Of a DNA stretch of 64,000 bases, positions 37,491 through 49,583 are shown one piece after another. Position numbers and translations under genes: made by a program. Under the pieces are notes generated by a model. It did no database searches and was not told where the DNA came from. It worked only from the letters and a program-made list of their open reading frames with translations. The stretch is from Takakia lepidozioides. Taxonomy: Eukaryota; Plantae; Bryophyta. The stretch covers positions 6,386,001 through 6,450,000 of the forward strand of contig CM060731.1 of NCBI GenBank assembly GCA_030704615.1. The letters run 5' to 3'. How positions within the stretch are numbered: position 1 is the stretch's first letter; each line of letters opens with the position of its first letter.

Positions 37491-38454
37491 TCCCCACTCC
37501 TACGCACCCTACACTTCAGAACTATTTCGTCATTTACAGCCTTAATCCTCAACAAAAGAAAGATTGAAAGTAGCTAGTTTGCCACTACGTAACTGGTTTT
37601 GGTTTTGATAGAGCCCACTCCCGAAAGGGGGCAGTACCTGCAAAGAGAAGATGCTCTTAGCTCCGGCTGGCTATATATATATATATATATATGATGGTAG
37701 ATGTATTTTATCTAGATACTAATTGAGTACTGAATTACATGATCACAATACCATATGGTCTCAAGTATCAATATTAGTATCATTCAACTGCATTTTTTAT
37801 TCACGTAATCCAAAAAAAAAAAAAAACTTTTCAAGGCCAGTATACATGTAATATATTTATAATATTTATAATATTATAAAATAATCCAGAAAAAAAAAAA
37901 AAAAAAAACTTTTCAAGTCCATTATACATGTAAAATATATATAATACTTATAGAATTATACAAAATATTTATATAGTACTAATATTGCATGTAGAATATT
38001 CATACTCGAGCAAATGAGAAAGATGGTGAGGAAGTACTGGTATGGCAATTCGTATATAAAATAGCATGTTAACATACCAGACGGTCTGGTCTTTACATAT
38101 TAGTGCCTATACCAATATTTATACCAATCTTTTGTGTACAAACCAGACAAACACTCTCCGGAGCCAATTTCGTGGTTATAGTGCCAGCCGTGGTTAGGGG
38201 GTCAGCTTGTCTAGGACAAGATCTTGGTACCAAACCGTAGCGATCAAAGTCGAATCGCGAACCAGTAATTGGCCAGTGCTCAACACTCCATGGCTCACAC
38301 GATCTGAAATCTGAACCATTGGATATCTCATTTGAAGATGGTTCAAGTTCCAAGTTCCCATTTTTAAAGGGGACCCTCCTTGCAGAGCCCACCAAAATAA
38401 GGTGGAGGCAAAAGAAACCTGTACAAGGTAGCCCTCAACTTCTCAAGGGGGGGG

Positions 38455-38670
38455 CGCCATTTTCCAGTTCTAGGCCCTATTGCCGTTCAGGGACTTAGCC
38501 ATTTTCGAGCTAATGCGGTGGCTGACACCTCCATCACTTTCCTGCTACCCTAGGGACTTAGCCCGAAAATGGCTAAGTCCCTGAACGGCAATAGGGCCTA
38601 GAACAGGAAAATGGCGCCGAATTTCCAGTTCGGGGCCAGCCAGTCTAAGGACTTAGGCCGAAAATGGCCA
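38455..38670. repeat. Inverted-repeat remnant related to the 11011-12125 array
   Basis: ggcgccattttcc..ttctaggccctattgccgttcagggacttagccattttcg followed by its reverse complement. Confidence 0.75.
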
Positions 38671-39331
38671 AGTGGGTGGTGGAGCCTTCTAGAAGGAGGG
38701 CCTACCACCTCATCCTACCTCTCCTGAAAGCTCCAGAACTAGAAGGAAGGAAGGGGGAGGGGGGGGAGGGTGGAGCCTTCTAGAAGGGGGGCCTACCACC
38801 TCATCCCCACCTGCCTCATCCTACCTCTCCTAAAAGCTCCAGAACTAGAAGGAGGACCCACTGTCTCTATGCTAGGCTCTAGACGTGGCCTCACACACAT
38901 ATCACCCATTCCACCACATGCCCTCCCTCCCCATTGGCCGCTCCAATCCTCTCCCTTTTTTTGACCTTCAGGAATAGCCCCTGCCAGAATTTGGGACCCA
39001 ACTAAAGTAAAGATTTTTCGGCGTCTATGCATTACTTTGAACTTTAATCAGTAATCGCGGTATGAATCAACCATGTTAATATCAATGAAGGACCGACCTG
39101 GCAGTGTCTACTACATCTCATGCAATTGTCTCATGCACAAAAATGCATTAGTGCATGGAAGATGATAACTTTCTCACTTGCACCTGCCAATGGACCTGAA
39201 ATTTTGAAGGAAGAGAAATGTCTCTCAAAATTATCCTGGCATGCTCCAATCAAATGACATTGGCAGTTCTTAAGGGCACACAACTAGGCAGAAGTCTTGG
39301 GAAATGCCTTGAAGATGGCAATAGTTAACTC

Positions 39332-42086
39332 CTACACCACAGTTGCTGCCCCTGAGCGCGCACATGACCGAGCCAAAAATCGAGAAACAATTTCAGAATC
39401 GAGTTGACGAACAGCAGCTTGGACACCTTGGGGAAGCTGAACTAGAAAGTTGGTGCTGTTGATACTAATTGGATCACTCAGTCCGTTGCGTGCATTTCCT
39501 CCCAAAGATGCATATGTGGCACCCTCCGTAGCCAATCCTGCTCGCTTGATGTTGTCATAAGCCCTGGTCACCTTTACAAAGCACTGACACAGGTTGTCCT
39601 TAACCCAAAAAAGCATCCTGCAGTTATTTAACAGAGGTGTCCATACCATGTCTACAAGTGACCAGGCCCACCTTGTCGCAAAGATACATCATGACAGATG
39701 CTCCATAAAGGAGGGGTTTCTCTGTCTGTCTGAGTCTACAACAGTCAGCCTACACTTTCAGGCATGAAGTTGATCGCAAGCATGCATCTCATCCCCCTAT
39801 GACTGCATTGTCATCACCTGGGCATAAGCCCTAAAGAAAGTTTTGGTTGAACCTCAAACCTCCCAACCAGCTCCAGAAGGGTTTGTATCCCATAAGGTCT
39901 CTGCCCTCAAGGGTACATTGTACCCGACATTCCCCAGAGAACAATCAATTGAGAATATCTCTTTTATGGATGAATCGAAGTAGATTTCTCTATATTCACA
40001 TCCAGCTTTTGCCCACATCTAGCTATAACCATGCAGTAGAACCCACATGCCTTGCCAGAATTCAGACAAAGGCTGGATCGTTATTAATCAGAACATTGGC
40101 CTTCCCAGACATAATTTACTAGACACACATGGCAATTAAGATTGAAGAAGTGATAAGAGTAAGATCACATACCCGCTTAAATTCCAGCTCAGGAATGTCG
40201 CTGCTTGCCCCCACATGCTTATCAGGGTGGTTCTTTGCTGCCAGACTCCGATAGGCAGTGCGCACCTGCAAGCATCCATCACATTGCCAGCCATTGGTCT
40301 AAAGATGTATCACTGGCACTCAACTCACCTGACCTACCACATCAATAACTCCTCGCACATGCTCCAATCTTGTTAGTTTTTGCTGCAGATGAAAGATCAA
40401 AAAGGAAACCAAGATTTGAGTAGAATCAGCAGACACATTTCATCACATGCACCTAGAATACAGAAATCTGCTTCTAGGCTCCTCTCATACCACCAGCCAA
40501 TTCTATTCATCTTGATGTTCAGGAAAACTATTTGCCAACATCTGGCAACAAAAGTCCTGCTCTTGTATTATGTGGTGAACTTCTCAGGTGAAGTCATGGT
40601 CTGCAGTCCAATTCTTTGGCAAAGGTGTAGATGGTACATATGCAGCCGTAAAAGGAGACCCATCTGGTCCTGTGGGCTTATCTGCAGGCAAGCCAGGCAG
40701 GAAAAAAGCTGTATGAGGCAGTTCTCTGCTGCTCTACCCAAAACCATGCACATAGGATGAAGGAATAAGCTTGCCTGAGCAGTAGAAGCTCCTTTTGAAA
40801 GTCCGAGTACTTGATAAGGGCACTCAGAAGATTCAAGTGATGGCAATTGTGAGCCTCCCAATACATATTCATAAAAGGCTTCCGCTGGCTCATAAGCATA
40901 CTCTAGGCTGCAATAAGCACCACAATTTCTGACCTCAGCTTTCCAGGCATGCAGCCATGTTAAGCTCGGCGCTTCATGAACAACTCTCCCTCTCACCTTA
41001 ACAGCATAGTGCGCTTTGAATCGTGGGTGCAAGGTGGGTACCAGTTTGGTTGGCACCGCATAATAAAACCAATGCCCCCACATGAATATTCAGGCCTTAC
41101 GCTAGTCCGTCAATCCTTCCAAGCAACCCTCCAACAGTTGAAGAAAACTGTTGTGTGTTCAACATGATGAAACTATATGAAGTGGACCTTCGAGATGACG
41201 ACAACAAGTAAAGTATGCAGTGTAACGCACCAGCTTCGAGGAATGTTGCGCAAGGACACCGCTCCTTTTGAGGCACATTCGGCAACCTCCCTACACACAT
41301 TGGGTTCCAGCCGTGACCTCAGGCACTGGGTCTATACCATACACATGTTTTATTGGAAGAGATAATCACAAAAACACCTACCGGCAAAGAACGGGCAGTG
41401 CGCGAGGGAGGACAACAGATGCATCGTCCTCTGATACCAGTGCAAGCTCCGCTACTGGGAGCCAATCGTCCAAAACTGCAGAGTTCCTGTTATTCTTTTG
41501 CCGCACACAAATAACAAATTCCCGCAGTTCACCCTCCTTTGAATGCTCAGCAACAAGACGGCCGTACAACTGTTCTGATCTCCTCAATAAAATTCCTGCG
41601 TCCCATGCTAGACCCCACAAAAAATGGAATCTAGTAACAATCACTGTGCGCTTGCAACTCCCATGCGAGTCAGATTGAAAGCCAGAAAAATGCATCTATG
41701 TAAAATTAAATCTTCCACATGAATTTATCAACACTGCATCGGCTGCCCAACCCCAAACGTTTAAATCCTAACTCGCAGCACAAAGAAGAGGGAAAAAGGG
41801 AACCACTGTGCACCAGTTCTATCCTGAGGCTCCATTAGTGGAAGCTTCTTCACTATGCTAGCAGCCACAACTTACAAGGTTTAGGGGCGGGCTTGTTTCC
41901 GAATCCGCTGGCCGCTGTTTGCCTGCTCTTGCTCTTCCCGGGTGCAGCGCATCTGATCACACCCGCCCATTGAAGCCTTGGCGTTATTATTAGACAGGGC
42001 CAAGCACAAGCACAAGCACTGGAGGTAAAACTATGGCCAATTAGTAGCTGGCTGCCCCTGGCCGCACTACCAATCAAGGTATCCAT
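39332..42086 (-). CDS. DnaJ/J-domain protein with putative plastid transit peptide, 6 exons, 320 aa
   Basis: Exons 42086-41876, 41607-41382, 41290-41231, 40907-40775, 40265-40173 and 39571-39332 join in phase (963 nt). J-domain PYQVLGLSKGASTAQ|VRTAYRSLAAKNHPDK..EFKR|VTRAYDNI with HPD intact. Intron 4 is GC-AG. Confidence 0.88.
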
Positions 42087-42470
42087 CACACGGGACGCCG
42101 ATCACCTCCTCTACTAATAAGCTCAAGCTTGCCCTCATTCACGCATTGTTAGGCGCTGGAGGGGCCTCAGCAGCTGCCCTTCCCCGATACAAAGGAGACG
42201 GAGCCACCTGGATCACTGACCCCAATGCTTTTGCCACTGGTGGATTGTTTTAGGGCATTTGCCTCCCAATAGCCATCACCGAATATTTTCATAATGAACG
42301 AATAGGACACGAAACACGAGCTTTATTTTATAAGGCTTGGTGAGCGCAGGCGCACCCTATAAATCAACTGATCAAGTATTTGGTGTTATTTTGGTTTGTA
42401 CAACTCGCTAGGTCTCGGAACGGCAGCAAGAAGAAGGAAGGAGAGAGAGGAAGGAAGATAGGAGTGCGAG

Positions 42471-44396
42471 ATGGCGGAGATGGAGAAGAGGGAAATGGGA
42501 GAAACAGAAACAGAGACTTCTGAATCAAGGCCCTCACCTGCTGAAGAAATGATGCCTGGGAGTCCAGAACAGTACAGCTATGGCGGTGGAGGTTATAGCC
42601 AGGGGGGAGGAGGTGGCGTGTGGGCGTCTCCATCACCATCTCCGGGTTCTAGACAGAGCATGCGAATGCCAGCGATGCCGATGCCGATGCCTATGCCTCC
42701 CCCCCAAATGCCTGGGGTAAGTCCGAATCATCTAGGCGGTAATCTAACCCTAGCTGCATTAGCGCCAGTGCCGCAAGCACAACGGGTGCCTGTGATGCAG
42801 CCTCCTTATGGCTTCCAAGTTCCCAGAAAGAGAATCAATAGTCCAGCAGATATTAGCCATTGGCATCAGTCAGAGTCCGGGAAGACATTTCTAGGGTTTA
42901 TCGTGGCGCTGAGCGATTCGATTAAGGGCAAGAAGTTGTCCGATTACTGTCGTCAGTCTCCCATGGTTTTATCCATTTGTAAAGTCATTGATCAAATGAG
43001 TATTTGGGTCGATCAGTTGCCCCCTAAGCAACAGCCTGCGCGCTATGGAAACCCTACCTTCCGAGAATGGCAGGCTCGGCTCGACGAACAGGGGCCATCT
43101 CTTATGCTTCAGATTCTTCCCGACAGCATGAAAGAGGCAGTGAGTGAGATCTTCCCCTACTTTTCTGACAGCTTTGGAAATGCAACTCGGATTGATTATG
43201 GAACTGGCCACGAGGCGAATTTTGCGGCTTGGTTGCTTTGTCTGGCAAGATTAGGGTTGCTGGATGAGGATGACTATCAGGCGATCGTATCACGGGTATT
43301 TGTGATGTACTTGGATATCATGCGCAAGCTTCAAACAACTTATTGGCTGGAACCTGCAGGTCACTGTTTTCTTCTCATCTTCCGTCTATTTTTTTCCCTA
43401 TGGAGTAACTGGCACATAACTGGCACAACAATACCTTGACTATTGTGAACTCCATGTTTACAGGGAATCACAAACAAGTTTGAGCTTTAATAGTTGGTCC
43501 TCAATTTTCCCAGATTAGCTTAGTGAGGGGAAGCAGCGAACGCTGTCTGTTTGCAGCTCCATGAAATGCAGATGAACTTGGGTAAGGATTTGTAAGGTGG
43601 TGGTCCTTGACAGAAAGGATAGGAAGAGGTCTGTAGATGACTCTTTTGCAGTTCTACAAGACTACCTAAATAGGATGCATGTGTTACAATTTTGAATGGC
43701 AGACACAGACAGAGAGAGATTGTACACGCATGACGTTTGTGTGGCCATAGACCCTGTGCCCAGTTTGGGCGGACGAGAGAGAGAGAGAGTGTGTGTGTGG
43801 AGTAGACTTGCTGACTTCAGATTTTTCGAAAACCCTGATGCGCAAGGTACAAAAGGCCAACAAGAGCTGATTACATTCAGAAGGCGAATGCCTCATAGAT
43901 GGAAAAATGCTCGAAAATGGAGGAGGGTGTGATGAGGGCAAAGTTGTATCCTAGATGTTTGTTGATGTAACAAGCGGCTTTCCTCTGAGGTTTTGGATCT
44001 AAAAGGGGCAGTACATGGCATCAACTTACAGTATCAATTTGTGTTGCTGCTGCAGGCTCACATGGTGTATGGGGCCTGGATGACTACCACTTTCTCCCCT
44101 TCATCTTTGGGTCAGCGCAGCTGGCAGACCACAAATACATGAAGCCCAAATCGATTCACAATCCTGATGTACTAGAAAACTTCTCAAAGGAGTATCTCTA
44201 TCTGGGGTGCGTGGAATTTGTCAAGAAAGTAAAAAAGGGTGCACTGGCAGAGCACTCACCTATGCTTGATGACATTAGTGCAGTGCCATCCTGGAGCAAA
44301 GTGAATTCTGGGATGCTTAAAATGTACAAGGCTGAAGTTCTGCAGAGTGTACCAATTATGCAGCATTTTTTGTTTGGTTCACTCATCAAATGGTAG
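42471..44396 (+). CDS. PTPA: Serine/threonine-protein phosphatase 2A activator (phosphotyrosyl phosphatase activator)
   Basis: Exons 42471-43359 and 44056-44396. Motifs [30 protein letters not shown]|[44 protein letters not shown] tiny extra terminal exon is possible (aaatg|gtagtt). Confidence 0.96.
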
Positions 44397-45045
44397 TTTC
44401 TGTTTTAAGCAAATTGTTACTGGGTCTCCAGTGAAATAAACTATCCGTTAGGACCAACATCCTCATTGTGCCCCCTGCTTTAAAATTCATGGCCACAGAG
44501 ACTTGGGGAAAGAAACACAGGTGAGATTGAGGTTGACTCAGAGGTGCTTAACAGATTTCTCTTTTATTGAACTCCCCATATGTCGTAGGCAATCTATGCG
44601 TATGTGCACACCAGGTAGCATTGCATGGGATGCTTGATTGCTGGAGCAAAAAGAGGTTGATTTAGTTCCCTTTTTCCTTATTGCTCAACCTCTCTCGTCA
44701 ACTGATTGCAGCTTGATCCACTTACCCTCCCTGTTCAGAGTCCAGGTTCATGGCACCAATACACACATTGGAATTAATTTTGTTGGAGACGGGATTGCAG
44801 TCAGTTGTCGACTCTTCCCTTGCAATTGCAATTGACCAACACAGTGTGGGAAGCTAAAGTGTCATCATCTTCCTTGCAATACTGTTTCCCAATCTCTTGG
44901 CTTTGTCTGAAATTTAAAGGAAAAAAAGAAAAGTGTGTTGCTTTACTTTCCCACGCCAGGGAGGCCAACGAGGGTTCGAACCCAGGAGCAGGCGCTGCGG
45001 GAGAAGGGAGAAGGGAGCCCTAATCTAGAGAGAGGAGATCGCAGG

Positions 45046-45096
45046 CTTATCCGGGGCAGCCAATAGAGAGGCGGGGGGGTGGACGGGGTGGATAAG
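45046..45096 (+). promoter_or_regulatory. I-box/GATA pair and CCAAT box upstream of PsbP
   Basis: CTTATCC (45046), CCAAT (45060) and GGATAAG (45090), 90-140 bp before the ATG; typical of light-regulated photosynthesis genes. Confidence 0.5.
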
Positions 45097-45186
45097 AGAC
45101 TGTGGAGGGCTGAGGGCGCAAGGGGGCTGGGCTAGCACTTGGGCAAGCATTCTCTTGCGCTGTGATCTTGCGCAGGATCAGCAGCA

Positions 45187-46540
45187 ATGGCGACCGCATC
45201 TTCCACCACAGTGTCCACCAGCTTGGTTCTTCAGACCGGGGCTGCGGGCCTCAGCTCATCCAGCAGTGCCGTCAATGGAGCATCGTTGGCCGTGCCCTTG
45301 AGAGTCGCCCCGGTGTCTAGGGCGCTCGGTGTGAGCTGCCGGGCCAAGGTGGAAGCCGAGGCAGCAGCAGTGCCCTCAGTGTCCCGCAGATTGGCTCTTG
45401 CTCTTGTTGCTGGCTTTGCCGCTGCTGGCACCCGCATTGCCCCTGCCAATGCGGCGTATGGGGAGGCTGGTATGGCATGTCGTCTCTCTCGTCCTGTTGA
45501 TGTGTTAATTGAGTCGGAGTTTTAAGGTGAAGCTGATCGTAGGCTCCGTAGAGGTCGCGTGCGTGTGCAGTCGCTGACTTTGGCTGCTCTTGATTTGGCA
45601 GCCAATGTGTTTGGTACCCCCAAGCAGCAATCCGGCTTCACCCCCTACTCTGGCGAGGGATTCTCTCTGGAGATTCCCTCCAAGTGGAACCCGAGCAAGG
45701 AGATAGAGTTTCCCGGGCAGGTTTTGAGATATGAAGATAACTTCGACCAGGTGTGCAATTTGTCCGTGTCCGTTACTCCGTCCTCCAAGGGTTCTATCAA
45801 GGATTACGGTCCCCCGGAGAAGTTTTTGGATTCGGTAAGTAATTCTTCTCTCTAGGCGTGATTGCTGGCATGAGACCTCGCATTAGTACTAAAAATATTA
45901 TTCATGGTCGAGTCTTTCAATCTCCTCCTCACTTGTGAAGTCTCTCTCAAAACTTGCTCCCTTGTTCGCTGAGTAAATGTAGATTCAGCACTTAGGTGTT
46001 ATTTTTCTCTACGGTTTACTAATTCGTTACCTTTTCTTTTCAGATCTCATATGTGCTTGGAAAGCAAAGTTACTCTGGAAAGACTACCTCTGAGGTAAGG
46101 AATTTTGATCTGTACGTTGCCGTTCTTGTTGTCTGTCATTGTCCATGGCATGCAAGTCTTTCTGAGGTAAGGAATTTTGATCTTGACATTGCCGTTCTTG
46201 TTGTCTGTCATTTTCCATGGCATGCCGAATTTATACTTCAAGCCACGTTATATCTGACCGCTCGGAATTGGAAATTCAGGGAGGGTTCGATCCGAATGCC
46301 GTGGCAACCGCAGCAGTCTTGGAGTCCACTGCCACAGAAGTCAATGGAAAGCCTTATTACAAACTTACGGTGCTGACCCGCACAGCAGATGGTGATGAAG
46401 GTGGCAGGCATCAGCTCATCGTCGCCACTATCTCAAATGGGAACTTGTACCTTATGAAGGCGCAAGCTGGTGATAAGCGGTGGTTTAAGGGTCTGAAGAA
46501 GTTTGTGGAAGGCGCTGCCAACTCCTTCAGCGTTGCCTAG
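45187..46540 (+). CDS. PsbP: Photosystem II oxygen-evolving enhancer protein 2 (23 kDa)
   Basis: Exons 45187-45469, 45602-45834, 46044-46094 and 46280-46540. Twin-arginine signal [19 protein letters not shown]; [33 protein letters not shown]. Confidence 0.98.
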
Positions 46541-49500
46541 TTCAATGGACTGTTGTGTTCCTCGCCACACATTGACTGTTTTGTTTATATGTGATTTTTT
46601 TAAGTGTCTTGTGTCCTTCCCAAACCTGATCTGAAATGGTCTGATTAAAAATAGTGGTGTGATACAGTCCGTTTTTTCGTAGGGTGCATCGAGTGTGTTA
46701 ACGGCAGGTGTGTATTCTTAAAGAACTTAACAAGACGGGATTATCAATGCATTGGGAATAGGATACTTCTTCTCGAAGATTAAGATTATACTGTGTCTTA
46801 TGCATGTTTCAGAACCTCAAGTCGACTTTCATCTCAATGTCATGGTGATATGCAAAGTGAGAGAACGAAGACGTCTTCTCCTCTCCTAGCTTCTATCTAT
46901 CACACTGACTCTACCTCACACTGGACTGAACTGACTCATAACATTGTGGAAAATGACTTGAAATCAGATACAAATCTTTGGGGATACCAAGAAATTTGCA
47001 AACATTGCATGAATGGGGGTTTAGTGAAAGTGTGAAAGTGTATGGTGAAAGTGTGGTGTGGAGGGAGGATTTTGAGTTGTTTCTCTGGGAACAGTAAATA
47101 CATAGAGAGCACATAACTCTGGGCAGCTTATGGCTCACTCGGCTTAGGGCGCTACATCCATTCAGGACATCAACTTGGCTGAAGAAGGATGCAGCATTGA
47201 ATTCGAAGCAGTCCTGCCAGGCTTTCGCTATCGGCATTGTCCTTAGTCCTGAGCAAGTGTTCTGAGACCCCACTGTATCTGAGATTTCCTCAAATTTCGG
47301 AATGGATGATGCAAATCTGCACATTTGTTACTCTTCCTAAGAATTACCCACCTATGGAAGAAAATGCTTTTCTTCTACTGCCAGTTGATACTTGATACCT
47401 ACCTACCTCGACCAGCCTGATTTTTGTGGACCCCGTCCGAAACCAACATACCCTCATGGATGAGGTATATCTCTCACTTGACAAACATCCTCAGGGAGGA
47501 ACTTTACAAAAGTGAACCTACCTTTTTCATACACCTCCTGTAATTATCTCAAGAGATTTGACCAGGAAGATTATAGCGAAAATGCTCGGCCAATGGGCAC
47601 ATGCGATGTGGCTGGTGGGCCCCGCGCACGGACGCCCGGCTCCCTAGCGCGCGGTCGCCCAGCTGCGGGCGCGCCCGCGGCCCAATTACCCGCCCATGAG
47701 TCCGCTGCCCTCCAGTCTGCCCGCCAGTCCGCTGGCCAGTACCCTGCCATCCAGTCCGCTGACGGCGCAGGATTGCCACCGTCCATTCCCATAACCCATC
47801 CGAGCTCTCCATTTTTAGGGCTGCGAAAATGGCAATGATCTTCCCACCAAATCCCGGCCGCTCTCTTTTGACGGCTGTTTGTTGTCCAATGTTGCGGTAG
47901 GCGTTTCCATGCACGCGACTGTTCCTCTTTTGCGCGCGATGTTCATGATGATGATGAAGCGTGTGCTTGAACATGAGAGGACTGTCTCGGCACTACAACC
48001 ACCATCGTGCATATGCTTCCACTATTTTTGCCTTCTTGTTGTGCTTTCGGGAACCTTCGTTTTATGGTTTGGTTTTATGTCATAAATATGGAAAATGCGG
48101 ACATCTGTCGTCGATAACGTCCTCTGCTTGTGATCCGTCATGATACGTTTAGCCCCTTTGTACTGCATCCCTTATGAGAGCCTTCACAAGTTTTGTTCGT
48201 TAAAGGAACCCATGGGTAACATGGGCGCAAAAATGGTGGAAGCGTATGCACATGGGGGCGTGTATTGCAGATTTCGTATCGGACGATGGGACTGTTTATG
48301 TAACCAAGTATAGCGGCTTGCATCCATCGTGCATAAGTTGTGGAAAAAGGTGGAGAATCTGAAGAAACCCAGCTTTGTGATGGATCCACATGGTATTATA
48401 TAAGGGATGGCAGCACAAAAAAACAATTCGAGTCGTCACGGAACACCATCCAGTCGTAAGGTCCTCAAACATCCACACACACCTGCTGAATGCAAATGTC
48501 TGAGCCACGACGGGAGTAGGTGCAGAATTGGTACATTATCGCATTTGCCAGGAGACGGACCAGGTTGAGACAATTGCATCTGCAAATGCGCGTGGATGTT
48601 TGAGGTCCGTTGTGTCGCGAGTCTGTTCACAGTGGGTCCGCTGGCCCGTCAGTGCTCCGGATATTCCCCTTATCGCGTGCATAACAGTCAGTTTGGAGGC
48701 AGTCAGTTGGAAGTCCGTCTGTTGGGATATCAATCTGTCGCACTTGTGAATTTGTCAGTCTGTTGTGTCGGAAGTCTGTTGCACTAAGTCTGTTTGACTT
48801 CTTATTTTCCCTCCGGTCAGTCTTTTGGCTTGTTCTCCCGCCAGTCTGGCGAAACGTCCGTCTGCTGGACAGTTCTCCTCTATGGATATCAGTCTGTTGG
48901 ACTGTGCATGCACTGTTGTGCCGCGAGTCTGTTCGCAATGGGTGTGTTCGACTTTCCTGTTCTCCCCTTACTCTCTTTTGTCTTCATTCCGCTGGCAGAG
49001 AAGTGCCAATATGAAGCCGCTTCGCCTCAGCAAAGCGAATAGTCCGCTGGACTGGCGGTCCGGTAGACTCTCGGCCCGATGGGAAATGAGTCTGCTGCAC
49101 TTGTGAGGACCGTGGATGAATTTAGTACGATGCGTTCGTTCGGTGGACGTATTCAATGCGATGACGGCGGATAGTTGGCGCCTGTGAAATCGCGTCACGT
49201 TGGCAGTGCCATGCCCGCTTTCCCCCTTCTACTTCTACTTCCTTCTCATGTTCCCTGTGCGATCGACTCCATTCTCTTCGCGCCTATTTCTTCGCACCTA
49301 TTTCTTCGCACTGTTTTGCACTGTTTTGTTTTCCTCTTTGCGTTTCCATCACCGTAACGAAAGACGACCGTTCTTCCCCAGGTGTGGAGAGTCGCGGTGA
49401 GCCGCGAAGCATCGCAAACACGCTGGCCTTCGTAACAACTCGAAGTTCATCGGCTCGGTGAGGTTCTCACTTGCTGCGGTGTTTCCATTCCATTCTGTGT

Positions 49501-49583
49501 CCTCTTCTTGCTTAGGGTGAGTCTTTTCATAGGACTTCTATCTGTCGCTCATTGTCCTTGCACCTTCGTTTCATTCTGCAACG

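Noticed and set aside
44970-44986. GGTTCGAACCC B-box suggesting a tRNA
   Set aside because: No A box or cloverleaf.
46911-47580. Possible host gene interrupted by the MULE (with 56980-57520)
   Set aside because: Could not build a consistent exon chain or recognise a domain.
47540-47590. TSD for the MULE
   Set aside because: Left flank does not match the right flank (tattatctt) adjacent to the TIR; the outer left end looks damaged.
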